Below are positions 9,989 to 18,679 of a stretch of 64,000 nt of DNA, one piece after another. The notes under the pieces were generated by a model that saw nothing but the letters and a program-made list of their open reading frames with translations, did no database searches and had not been told where the DNA came from. Numbering within the stretch: the first letter of the stretch is position 1; each line of letters begins with the position of its first letter. The translations under genes were made by a program, and so were the position numbers. Origin of the DNA: an uncultured Alphaproteobacteria bacterium (lineage in GTDB: Bacteria > Pseudomonadota > Alphaproteobacteria > Rhodobacterales > Rhodobacteraceae); the NCBI GenBank assembly GCA_963710185.1, contig CAVPZE010000001.1:94831-158830 (forward strand). The letters are read 5' to 3'.

Positions 9989-10633
9989 ATGCCTTCAAAT
10001 GTAAATGTGAAAATCTGCGGGCTGCGCAGTGGTGCGGATGTTGCAGCGGCGGCTGAAGCAGGCGCGCGCTATGTCGGGTTTGTTTTTTTTGAAAAATCCC
10101 CGCGTCATGTGAGTTTTTCCGAGGCGGCAGCACTTGCGGCTTGCGTACCCGAGGGTGTCTGCAAAGTTGCGCTGGTTGTGAATGCGGATGATGATTTTCT
10201 TGATGGTCTGTTGCGTGATGTCGCGATTGATATGTTGCAATTACATGGCGCCGAACCCCCTGAGCGGGTGAGCGCGGTCAAGGCACGCTACGGCTTGCCG
10301 GTGATGAAGGCCGTGGGCGTTGCAGATGCGGATGATCTGGCGGCGCTGGAGGCATATGGACGTGTTGCGGATCAGATATTGGTTGATGCCAAGCCGCCAA
10401 CGGGGGCCGTCTTGCCCGGAGGCAACGGATTGGCGTTTGACTGGCGTTTGATCGCCGGGCGGCGCTGGCCTGTGCCGTGGATGCTTGCGGGAGGGTTGAC
10501 ACCTGACAATGTGGCACAGGCTATTGCGTTGACGGGAGCGCGCCAAGTGGATGTGTCGTCGGGTGTGGAAGCAGCGCCCGGCGTCAAGGATGCGGCGTTG
10601 ATTGATGCGTTTTGCAAGGCGGCGATGAAGTGA
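9989..10633 (+). CDS. trpF: Phosphoribosylanthranilate isomerase
   Basis: 214 aa: [35 protein letters not shown] and [10 protein letters not shown] motifs. Confidence 0.9.
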   Translation: MPSNVNVKICGLRSGADVAAAAEAGARYVGFVFFEKSPRHVSFSEAAALAACVPEGVCKVALVVNADDDFLDGLLRDVAIDMLQLHGAEPPERVSAVKARYGLPVMKAVGVADADDLAALEAYGRVADQILVDAKPPTGAVLPGGNGLAFDWRLIAGRRWPVPWMLAGGLTPDNVAQAIALTGARQVDVSSGVEAAPGVKDAALIDAFCKAAMK

Positions 10634-10659
10634 TGTCGCACCGCTTGTGCGGTGCGACA
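10634..10659 (+). terminator. Perfect 11-bp hairpin immediately after the trpF stop
   Basis: tgtcgcaccgc-ttgt-gcggtgcgaca. There is no U-tract, so terminator function is uncertain. Confidence 0.4.
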
Positions 10660-10663
10660 GACT

Positions 10664-10711
10664 GGGGGCTCTGCCCCCAGACCCCCGGGAATATTTAAGG
10701 CCAAAAAGAAA
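10664..10711 (+). repeat. REP-like intergenic repeat, copy A
   Basis: gggggctctgcccccagacccccgggaatatttaaggccaaaaagaaa. It contains a GGGGGC-tct-GCCCCC hairpin and is 47/48 identical to copy B at 18001. Confidence 0.85.
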
Positions 10712-10723
10712 TAGGCTGTTGGC

Positions 10724-12208
10724 CTAGATCGTTTGATCGTAATCGCCCACGCCGGGTTCCGTACGGATGATTGCGTCGAGGTCGGCGAATATCGTACGCA
10801 TTTCGGCCTCTGATGCGGAGCTTTCGCAGACAACGACAAGATTTGGGGTGTTGGATGAAGCGCGGACCAGACCCCAACTGCCGTTGTCGAGGATCACGCG
10901 CGCGCCGTTGACAGTGACGACTTCCTTGACAGTGCGGCCTGCAAGTTCGGTGAGGTTGCCCAATTTGTCCGCAATCCGTTCAAGGATTTCGTATTTTTCG
11001 GTATCCGGTGCGTAGGGTGACATGGTGGGCGTGGCCCATGTTTGCGGCAAGGCGCGGCGCAGGTCGGACATGCTCTTGTCCGGATTGCGGTCCATCAGTT
11101 TGCAGATTTCAACAGCGACCCGCATGCCGCAGTCATAGCCGCGACCAATCGGCTCAGCGAGGAAATAGTGGCCTGATTTCTCGAACCCTGCCAATGCGCC
11201 CAATTCCTTGACCCGCCGTTTCATATGGCTGTGGCCGGTTTTCCAATAGTCGGCTTTGATCCCGTATTTACGCAATTCAGGATCAGAGGCAAACAGCCCG
11301 GTTGATTTTACATCAGCAACGATCGTGCTGCCGGGGTAGAGTTTTGCAAGATCGCGGGCCATGATCACGCCAACTTTGTCCGCGAATATTTCCTCGCCCT
11401 CGTCGTCCACCACGCCGCAACGGTCGCCGTCGCCATCAAAGCCGAGCGCGAAATCTGCGCCAGATACTTTGACCGACGCGCTCATGTCGTGCAGCATTTC
11501 CATGGCTTCGGGGTTTGGGTTGTAATGCGGGAACGTGTAGTCGAGTTGATTGTGGCTTGCGACAACTTCGACACCAAGGCGTCTGAAAAGTTCAGGCGCA
11601 AAGGCCGACGCGGTGCCGTTGCCTGTGGCGCAGACCACCTTGAGGGGCCGTGTCATTTTGAAGTCACCCACCAGATCATCCAAATAGGCCTCGCGCACGC
11701 CATGAATGAATTCGTATTTGCCGCCGTCACTCATCTGGCCTTTGCCGTTCAACACGATGTCGCTCAGCTCGTTCATTTCGTCCGGGCCATGGGTAAGCGG
11801 GCGCTCGAACCCCATTTTTACGCCGGTCCAGCCGTTGGGATTGTGGCTGGCCGTGACCATGGCCACGGCGGGGGCATCCAGATGGAATTGCGCGAAATAC
11901 GCCATGGGGGACAGGGCAGGGCCGATATCTTTGACGTGGATGCCCGCCTGCATCAGGCCCAGCATCAGCGCATTTTTAATCGAAAGAGAATAGTCGCGGT
12001 AATCGTTGCCGACGGCGATGACGGGTTTAATGCCGCGCAATTGCATCTGCGTGCCAAGGCCCAGACCAAGTGCTGTGATACCCGGCAGGTTAATGTCGTC
12101 GGGGTATTTCCACCGCGCATCATATTCGCGAAAACCCGTCGGGGTGATCATCGCATCACGCAGGAATTCCCAGGTGTTCTGGGTCACGGTTGAGGCGGGT
12201 TTGGTCAT
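10724..12208 (-). CDS. Phosphomannomutase/phosphoglucomutase
   Basis: 494 aa with active-site loop VMVTASHNPNGWTGVKM and metal loop GFDGDGDRCGVVD. Confidence 0.9.
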   Translation of the reverse strand: MTKPASTVTQNTWEFLRDAMITPTGFREYDARWKYPDDINLPGITALGLGLGTQMQLRGIKPVIAVGNDYRDYSLSIKNALMLGLMQAGIHVKDIGPALSPMAYFAQFHLDAPAVAMVTASHNPNGWTGVKMGFERPLTHGPDEMNELSDIVLNGKGQMSDGGKYEFIHGVREAYLDDLVGDFKMTRPLKVVCATGNGTASAFAPELFRRLGVEVVASHNQLDYTFPHYNPNPEAMEMLHDMSASVKVSGADFALGFDGDGDRCGVVDDEGEEIFADKVGVIMARDLAKLYPGSTIVADVKSTGLFASDPELRKYGIKADYWKTGHSHMKRRVKELGALAGFEKSGHYFLAEPIGRGYDCGMRVAVEICKLMDRNPDKSMSDLRRALPQTWATPTMSPYAPDTEKYEILERIADKLGNLTELAGRTVKEVVTVNGARVILDNGSWGLVRASSNTPNLVVVCESSASEAEMRTIFADLDAIIRTEPGVGDYDQTI

Positions 12209-12236
12209 GCGCGTTACCCTTGCAGGTTTGGAAATA

Positions 12237-13070
12237 TCAGAAGGTCAACGGATGCGATTTGGCAAGCTTGTCGAACTGCATCAACACTTTGATCAGCGCA
12301 GGCATATGATCGAGGTAGATCATGTTGGGACCATCCGAGGGGGCGTTGTCGGGATCCTCGTGGGTTTCCATAAAGATCGCAGCGACGCCAATCGCTGCCG
12401 CCGCGCGCGCCATGACAGGGGCAAATTCACGCTGGCCGCCCGATGATCCACCTTTGCCGCCCGGTTGGGCGACAGAGTGCGTTGCATCCATCACCACGGG
12501 ATATCCGGTTTGGGCCATCTGCGGCAGGCTGCGCATGTCGGCGACAAGCGTGTTGTAGCCAAAAGATGTGCCGCGTTCGGTCAGCATGATGCGCTTGTTG
12601 CCCGTGCTTTCGATCTTGGTGACGATATTGCCCATTTCCCAAGGGGCAAGCCATTGACCCTTTTTGACGTTCACGACCTTACCAGTGTTGCCAGCCGCCA
12701 AAAGCATATCAGTCTGGCGGCATAGGAACGCGGGGATTTGTAGGATATCGACAGCATCAGCCGCTATGGCGCATTGATCTTCGGTATGTACATCTGTCAA
12801 CACAGGCACGCCGTTGGCGTTGCCGATGGATTGGAGGATTTTCAGACCCTCATCAATGCCAAGGCCGCGTTTTCCCGCCAGCGAGGTGCGGTTGGCTTTG
12901 TCATAACTCGCTTTGAACACATATTGCGCGCCCGCCGCAGCGCAGGCTTCTTTCATAACCCCAGCGATCATCTGCGCGTGATCCGCGCCTTCCAGCTGGC
13001 AGGGCCCCGCAATAATGGTGAGCGGGCGGTCATTGCCGATGATCACATCGCCGACTGTTATTTGGGTCAT
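12237..13070 (-). CDS. kdsA: 3-deoxy-8-phosphooctulonate (KDO8P) synthase
   Basis: 277 aa: IIAGPCQLEG…FKASYDKANRTS…DATHSVQ-type motifs (DATHSVAQPGG). Confidence 0.92.
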   Translation of the reverse strand: MTQITVGDVIIGNDRPLTIIAGPCQLEGADHAQMIAGVMKEACAAAGAQYVFKASYDKANRTSLAGKRGLGIDEGLKILQSIGNANGVPVLTDVHTEDQCAIAADAVDILQIPAFLCRQTDMLLAAGNTGKVVNVKKGQWLAPWEMGNIVTKIESTGNKRIMLTERGTSFGYNTLVADMRSLPQMAQTGYPVVMDATHSVAQPGGKGGSSGGQREFAPVMARAAAAIGVAAIFMETHEDPDNAPSDGPNMIYLDHMPALIKVLMQFDKLAKSHPLTF

Positions 13071-14752
13071 GAGGTTACCTGTTCTCTGAGGATGGACGCG
13101 GTGAGCGACAACATCAGGTAGATGCCTGCAAAGACCAGAAATGCCAAGATCGTGTTTTCAAATTTGCGTGGATAGGTCGCCTCTTGCGGGGCGACGGGCC
13201 GCACAGCGACGGTCAGATATCGCACCTGACGGCTGGCCTCGTTGCGAGCGGCTTCCATGCCGGTCAGGGCCAGTTGCAGGTTGGTATCGGCGGCCACCAG
13301 ATCGGCTTGGGCCAGTTGCATGGTAACGGCTTTTTTCGCCAGCGAATTGTCGCCCACCACGGCTGAATTAAGCTTGTCGCGCAGCTTGTCCAACTGTTCA
13401 TTCAAGCGCCGCACATCGCCTTGCGCGCCGTCCACCTTGGCACTGTTCGGGCGGGTGTTGTCGAGCAGGGCGGCAAGTTCTAGCTCTTTTTCGATCAGCA
13501 AACCTTCGTAGGTGGTGATCTGGGCGCGGATGGCGATGATTTCGGCTTCGGGGTCAACACCGTTTTCGACCTGCATGGTGATCAAGGCTTCTTGTGCCTC
13601 GCGGCGCTTGAGCTGGGCGGTTTCCAGCCCCGATACGGCGTCCGCCATCCCGTCTTCACGCTTTTGCTGTGACAACCCGTTGATGCGCTCTTCGGCATAT
13701 TTCAGCAGGCTTTCGGAAAAGTTGGCCGAGATCGTCGGATCGGCGGCGATCACTTCCATACGGATCACACCTTCGGTCGGATCATAGCCGATTTTGACGT
13801 TCTTTTTATAGGATTTGAATGCTTCCTCGTTGGTGGGGTCCGACGTCAGGCGCTGGATCGGGTCAATGTTCGGGTTCGAGAAATGCGCTTTGAACCCTTC
13901 ATCCTCGTCCAGACGCAACATCGCATCTTTGGACTGCAAATAGGCTTGGGTTGCGATGCTGTCGGCGCTGTTGGCAAATTGCGTGGGCAACAACCCGCCA
14001 AAGGGGCTGGTTGATGACCCTTCGCTCTGGATGATCAGGAACTGGCTGTTTGTGGCATACATCGGTGTCGCCATATTGTAGAAATAATAGCCCGCAACGA
14101 ACGTCGGCAACATCACGAAAAACGCCAGCCGCACCATGAGCAGGCCCATCTTGCGACGGCGACGGCGCGAGATATCGCGTTGAATGTCGCCTATTTCGCG
14201 CTTGCGGCGCTCGGACGGGCTAATCTCGGTCGAGGGAAGGGTGTTGCCACGTGCAGGAACGGTTTGCGGTAATTGCACACGTCCGATTGCGGAACCTGCA
14301 CCACCGGCTTGCGCGGGCAGGCCCGCCATCGCGTCGCCGGGGCCGCCGTCGCGCTGTTCGCCGCCCGCTTGGGGGACCACAAGTTCAAGCATGTTCGAGC
14401 GCTGGAAAGGATCAATACCGTTGGTGCGCAACAAACGTACCGCATCAAAATCCGAGGTCGGAGCGAGATCGTGTTTTTGCGCGACACGCCGTGCCATGCG
14501 CAACTGCCGCCCCGTCAGACCCTCGCGGCGGATTGCATCCATGTCGGTTTCACCCGCGACCTCGGCGGCTGACGATACCTGACCGGCGCGCAAATCCTCG
14601 TCGTCTCTTGACGAGGGCACAGGGCGCAGGCCGGGCGGTGGCGTTGCAGCCACGTAAGCGGCATCAGCGCTGCCTGTGGCAGTGCTGGTGGATGATGAGG
14701 TGGGCGTGCTCCGCTTGATGCGGAACTTTCTAGCCTTGGGTTTCGTAATCAT
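13067..14752 (-). CDS. kpsE: KpsE-like capsule polysaccharide export inner-membrane protein with a long N-terminal extension
   Basis: Start set at ATG 14752 (MITKPKARKF), which overlaps the kpsT 3' end by 23 nt. The stop overlaps the kdsA start (ATGA). The C-terminal ~330 aa have the KpsE/Wzz-like layout: TM, long coiled region, C-terminal TM LAFLVFAGIYLMLSL. Confidence 0.75.
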   Translation of the reverse strand: MITKPKARKFRIKRSTPTSSSTSTATGSADAAYVAATPPPGLRPVPSSRDDEDLRAGQVSSAAEVAGETDMDAIRREGLTGRQLRMARRVAQKHDLAPTSDFDAVRLLRTNGIDPFQRSNMLELVVPQAGGEQRDGGPGDAMAGLPAQAGGAGSAIGRVQLPQTVPARGNTLPSTEISPSERRKREIGDIQRDISRRRRRKMGLLMVRLAFFVMLPTFVAGYYFYNMATPMYATNSQFLIIQSEGSSTSPFGGLLPTQFANSADSIATQAYLQSKDAMLRLDEDEGFKAHFSNPNIDPIQRLTSDPTNEEAFKSYKKNVKIGYDPTEGVIRMEVIAADPTISANFSESLLKYAEERINGLSQQKREDGMADAVSGLETAQLKRREAQEALITMQVENGVDPEAEIIAIRAQITTYEGLLIEKELELAALLDNTRPNSAKVDGAQGDVRRLNEQLDKLRDKLNSAVVGDNSLAKKAVTMQLAQADLVAADTNLQLALTGMEAARNEASRQVRYLTVAVRPVAPQEATYPRKFENTILAFLVFAGIYLMLSLTASILREQVTS

Positions 14753-15389
14753 AGAGCTGTTTCGCTTCTTCCAAGGTGTCAAACATATGCAATTGCCCGT
14801 CCAGCAGAACCGCTGCCGAGCGCGCAAATTTTTCGAGGGTTTGTGGCTGGTGTGACACAATAATAATCGTTGTTGTCCGCAGCCGTTCTTGCAGGATTTC
14901 ACCTGCCTTGCGGTTGAATTCAACGTCTGTGGTGGCGGGCATACCCTCGTCAATCAGGTACATGTCGAAATCAAGCGCCAGCATCAGCGCGAATGAAAAC
15001 CGCGCGCGCATGCCCGAAGAATAGGTGCCAAGCGGCTGGTCGAAATATTCGCCCAAGCCACAGAGCCAGCGACAGAAGCTTTCGACATAGTCAGGGTCAA
15101 GGCCGTAAAGCCGGGCGATGTAGCGCGCGTTTTCCATTGCAGATACTTTGCCGACAACACCGCCCATAAACCCCAGCGGGAACGAGATGTTGCAGCCGCG
15201 CCGGATCTCGCCATCATCCGGTTTTTCCAAACCCGCCATCATGTTGATCAACGTGGTTTTGCCTGTGCCGTTCGGGGCCAGAATACCCAGGGAATTGCCC
15301 AGTTCCACACGGAAAGAAACCCGGTCAAGAATGATCTTGTGCTGGCTTCCGGTCCAGAAGGACTTGGATACATTTTCAAATTCCAGCAT
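14730..15389 (-). CDS. kpsT: Capsule polysaccharide export ABC transporter, ATP-binding protein
   Basis: 219 aa with Walker A GILAPNGTGKTT, signature YSSGMRARF and Walker B MYLIDE. SD ggagcagg lies upstream. Confidence 0.88.
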   Translation of the reverse strand: MLEFENVSKSFWTGSQHKIILDRVSFRVELGNSLGILAPNGTGKTTLINMMAGLEKPDDGEIRRGCNISFPLGFMGGVVGKVSAMENARYIARLYGLDPDYVESFCRWLCGLGEYFDQPLGTYSSGMRARFSFALMLALDFDMYLIDEGMPATTDVEFNRKAGEILQERLRTTTIIIVSHQPQTLEKFARSAAVLLDGQLHMFDTLEEAKQLYDYETQG

Positions 15390-15626
15390 TCCCTGCTCCG
15401 GTTGGTGCTGTGAGGTGGTGTTCGCGCCCCATTATCAGAGGTATATTAACGGCTTATCCTCTGAATTTGACCATATTATGTCCTATATCGAAACAAATGT
15501 ACAATGTGTTGGATGCCGTATTGGCGGTATCCAATGCATTTGTGATGGGATGGGGTGGCGGGTCCGTTGAAATGAAAAACCAACGCCGGAGCGCTGGATT
15601 TTCGTCTTAAATGCGGGTGGCGGATA

Positions 15627-16643
15627 TTACGCGACCGCTTGCCACAACACGCCCGCAATGATGGCACCTGTTACCGCAAACCCCAGATAGGCCGCAAAGA
15701 CACGCGGTTTGACCAATGCCCAGACCGCGATGGCGGCGGGAATACAGCTGACACCCCCCGCGATCACGAACGACATGGCAGCCCCTTGGGTCATGCCCTG
15801 TGCCAGCAATGCATCTACCAAAGGCACGGCGGCGTAGCCATTCAGATAGGCTGGTGCGCCGATCAAGGCACCCATCAGGATCGGCTTGATACCCTCGCCG
15901 CCAAGAAGGCCCGCGATCATTTCCGCAGGGACATATTGCAACATCAAGGCTTCGATCACATAGGCTAAGGTCAGCCATTTCGTCAGGAATAGCGCATTTT
16001 CAAACGCCGTGCTGCGAAACACCTCGCGGCGCGGTGCTTGGGTCCAGAATTTCCAGACAGGTTGTCCCGAGAACGGTTTTTTCACGCCGCAGCATCCGCT
16101 GATTGCGGGCCGTTCCCGCAACGGGTCGGCAAACAGCGGTGTGTTGGCGGCAAGCATCACGCCAAAGCCGCCGAACATGCCAAGCCCGATGGCGGCCAGC
16201 GTCTTGGCCAGGGCAAAATCCCATCTCAGCGTGCCGGACGTGATGGCGAACATGGCCGGATCCATCAGCGGGGAGGCGAGCCAGAACGCCATGACGGCCC
16301 CCAAGGGTGCGCCAACAGCAAGCAAGGCGGCGATGAAGGGAATGACCTCGCAAGAGCAGAACGGCGACAGACCGCCCAGCAACGCAGCCATGACCACCAT
16401 ACGCGCGGGATTGCCCTCGAACGCGCGGGCCAGCAAGGTCTCTGCACCGCTTGCCTTGAGATAGGCGACCGCGAGCACGGCAAACGCGATGAACGGTGCG
16501 GTGCCTGCCAAGGCCTTTGCGACGAAAATCACGGTGGGCATGAACTGCGGCAAGTCTAAAAAGGCAATTGCCAGCAGAATAAAGAATGTCGCTCCCCAAG
16601 CACCGCCAAATCTAAGAGTCCGATTCAAAATGAGCTGAGGCAT
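15627..16643 (-). CDS. ArsP/DUF318-type permease; native 5' end displaced by an IS, present start codon supplied by the IS terminal repeat
   Basis: 338-aa polytopic membrane ORF with CxC-type motifs (SPFCSCEVIP). The first 10 codons (MPQLILNRTL) lie inside the IS inverted repeat. The native start ATG is at 17589 (see findings). Confidence 0.7.
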   Translation of the reverse strand: MPQLILNRTLRFGGAWGATFFILLAIAFLDLPQFMPTVIFVAKALAGTAPFIAFAVLAVAYLKASGAETLLARAFEGNPARMVVMAALLGGLSPFCSCEVIPFIAALLAVGAPLGAVMAFWLASPLMDPAMFAITSGTLRWDFALAKTLAAIGLGMFGGFGVMLAANTPLFADPLRERPAISGCCGVKKPFSGQPVWKFWTQAPRREVFRSTAFENALFLTKWLTLAYVIEALMLQYVPAEMIAGLLGGEGIKPILMGALIGAPAYLNGYAAVPLVDALLAQGMTQGAAMSFVIAGGVSCIPAAIAVWALVKPRVFAAYLGFAVTGAIIAGVLWQAVA

Positions 16644-17546
16644 TTCAATCTCTTGCGAGCACCCTTGTCATACGCCTGATGTGAGCGATGAGAACCCATG
16701 CCTCGGCGCTTTCGATTGTTCTCTCCCAATCCTTTGCCAGACGGCGACATCTTCCGAGCCAGGCGAAAGTGCGTTCGACAACCCACCGACGGGGCAGAAC
16801 CTCGAAACCTTCGGCGGTGTCGGAGCGTTTCACGATCTGAATGACCCAGCGGCCAATACTGGTCAGAGCATCGCGCAGTTTCGGCCCGGCATAGCCTCCA
16901 TCCGCAAAAACATGGCGCAGCTTTGGAGCCTCCCGGGCCAGTTGATGGAACACCGCCGGTGCGCCGTCACGGTCCTGAATGCTGGCGGAATGAACGCGGA
17001 GTGCAATCAAATGCCCGCAGGTGTCGGTCATGATGTGACGTTTGCGGCCCTTGATACGTTTGCCAGCATCATAGCCGCATATCCCGCCATTTTCAGTGGT
17101 TTTCACGCTTTGGCTATCAATCACACCCGCTGCTGGCTGGCGGTTCCGACCTTCAGTTTCACGCGCCAGTGCAACCAGTTCCCGATTAATCTCGGCCAGC
17201 AGACCGTTGTCGCGCCAACCGTAGAAATAGTATCGAACCGTCGATACTGGCGGGAAGTCTTTTGGCAAAAGCGACCATGCGCACCCCGCCGATGCGATGT
17301 ACTGGATCGCATTCCACACACCGCGCAGTTCAACTTCGCGCGGCCTGCCAAGATGGTTGGGGCTGGGCAGAAATGGCGCTATTATCGACCACTCCACATC
17401 CGTTACATCACTTGAATATCGGGGCGTATCGCGCTCATGTAGTTTTCGGGTGAATTCAGTCCAGGCCATTTTGATCTCCGTTCAGCTTCCAACCGAACAG
17501 AATCACAACCTACTGAATTCACTCAACTCATTTCCGATCAGAACTC
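16616..17546 (-). mobile_element. IS5-family insertion sequence (IS1031-like, 931 bp)
   Basis: Imperfect terminal inverted repeats gagtccgattcaaaatgagctgag (16616→) and gagttctgatcggaaatgagttgag (reverse complement of 17546←). It is flanked by taa (16613-15) and tga (17547-49), both fitting TNA. Confidence 0.8.
16645..17469 (-). CDS. IS5-family DDE transposase (intact, 274 aa)
   Basis: N-terminal DUF4096-like SDVTDVEWSIIAPFLP… and DDE_Tnp_1 core IDSQSVKTT…ADGGYAG…VVERTFAWLGRCRRLAKDWE. Confidence 0.9.
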   Translation of the reverse strand: MAWTEFTRKLHERDTPRYSSDVTDVEWSIIAPFLPSPNHLGRPREVELRGVWNAIQYIASAGCAWSLLPKDFPPVSTVRYYFYGWRDNGLLAEINRELVALARETEGRNRQPAAGVIDSQSVKTTENGGICGYDAGKRIKGRKRHIMTDTCGHLIALRVHSASIQDRDGAPAVFHQLAREAPKLRHVFADGGYAGPKLRDALTSIGRWVIQIVKRSDTAEGFEVLPRRWVVERTFAWLGRCRRLAKDWERTIESAEAWVLIAHIRRMTRVLARD

Positions 17547-17581
17547 TGAGACGTGATGCGGGGGCGGGGGCAGCGTTGGTT

Positions 17582-17926
17582 TCAACCATGGTCGTGATCC
17601 TCGCAGGGTGTGGGCGCATCGGCGCAACATTCGGTTATCAGAAAATGCGCAAGTGCCTGAATTTCTTCGTAGGCGACAGCGGCGCAAATGGTACTGCGGC
17701 CGATGCGTTCCTGTTTCACAAGGCCGGTTGCGGCCAAAAGTTTCAAATGGTGGGTCAGGGTCGATCCAGTGACGCCCGTGCGGTCGCCAAGATCGCCGAT
17801 GCTGAGGCCCTTTGGCCCGGCGCGGACAAGACTGCGCAGGACGGACAGTCGTTGCTCTGACCCAAGCGCTGCAAAGCTCGCAGCGGCAAGGGTGAGGGGC
17901 GGGGTGTTGGGCGATTCTATTTTCAT
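17582..17926 (-). CDS. ArsR/SmtB-family metalloregulator
   Basis: 114 aa: FAALGSEQRLSVLRSLV…LSIGDLGDRTGVTGSTLTHHLKLLAATGLV (winged HTH), plus a Cys/His-rich tail ECCADAPTPCEDHDHG. Confidence 0.88.
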   Translation of the reverse strand: MKIESPNTPPLTLAAASFAALGSEQRLSVLRSLVRAGPKGLSIGDLGDRTGVTGSTLTHHLKLLAATGLVKQERIGRSTICAAVAYEEIQALAHFLITECCADAPTPCEDHDHG

Positions 17927-17934
17927 ATTTCTAG

Positions 17935-17987
17935 AAACATCGAAATGTTTACGCCATGCAAGATATATTTCGATAATTGTCGAAATG
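17935..17987. promoter_or_regulatory. Candidate ArsR operator/promoter region (two palindromes sharing a tcgaaatg core)
   Basis: aaacat-cgaa-atgttt (17935-17950) and atttcga-taattg-tcgaaat (17967-17986) lie 9-60 nt upstream of the arsR ATG in an AT-rich stretch. Confidence 0.35.
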
Positions 17988-18000
17988 AATTGACGTATAT

Positions 18001-18048
18001 GGGGGCTCTGCCCCCAAACCCCCGGGAATATTTAAGGCCAAAAAGAAA
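18001..18048 (+). repeat. REP-like intergenic repeat, copy B
   Basis: gggggctctgcccccaaacccccgggaatatttaaggccaaaaagaaa, with one mismatch to copy A and the same orientation. Confidence 0.85.
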
Positions 18049-18091
18049 GGTGCGGGTTGGAATATGGGCTGCGAGGTGTATCTGGTTTGGT

Positions 18092-18679
18092 ATGAAGGAC
18101 ATCCGTGACGAATTGAGGAGCTGTGTGATTTGTGCGGACAGGTTTGCTGTGACTGCGACGGCGCACCGGCCCAATCCTGTTGTGTGGTTTGCGCCCCAAG
18201 CGCGATTGTTGATTGCGTCACAGGCACCCGGATTGAAGGTACATAATGCAAATACCCCGTTCTGGGATGCATCGGGCGTGCGGTTACGTGCGTGGCTGGG
18301 GCTGGACGAGGCACAGTTTTACGACCGCTCGAAGGTGGCGATTGTCCCGATGGCGTTTTGTTTTCCGGGCTATGATGCCAAAGGCAGTGACCTGCCACCG
18401 CCGCCGGTTTGCGCCCGGACATGGCGCGCCTCGGCGTTGAATATGCTGCCGGATGTGCAACTGACGGTGCTGATTGGCGGCCATGCGATGAAGTACCATT
18501 TACCCGGATTCACCACGGTGACAGCTGCCGTTGCCGCGTGGCGGGATCATCCGAAGGGCGTCTTTGCCTTGCCACATCCCTCGTGGCGCAATACCGGATG
18601 GTTAAAGAAACATCCGTGGTTCGAGGCAGAGGTTTTGCCCGAACTGCGGGCACAGGTTGCGAAGGTGATGCATGACTGA
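18092..18679 (+). CDS. Uracil-DNA glycosylase superfamily protein
   Basis: Start moved to ATG 18092, because the longer ORF reads through the repeat. Motifs LLIASQAPG and FCFPG…HPSWRN are typical of UDG family 4-6-like proteins. Confidence 0.78.
   Translation: MKDIRDELRSCVICADRFAVTATAHRPNPVVWFAPQARLLIASQAPGLKVHNANTPFWDASGVRLRAWLGLDEAQFYDRSKVAIVPMAFCFPGYDAKGSDLPPPPVCARTWRASALNMLPDVQLTVLIGGHAMKYHLPGFTTVTAAVAAWRDHPKGVFALPHPSWRNTGWLKKHPWFEAEVLPELRAQVAKVMHD

Noticed and set aside
15390-15626. A kpsM remnant upstream of kpsT
   Set aside because: Minus-strand translation shows stops in all frames and no hydrophobic stretch. The region looks like an AT-rich promoter.
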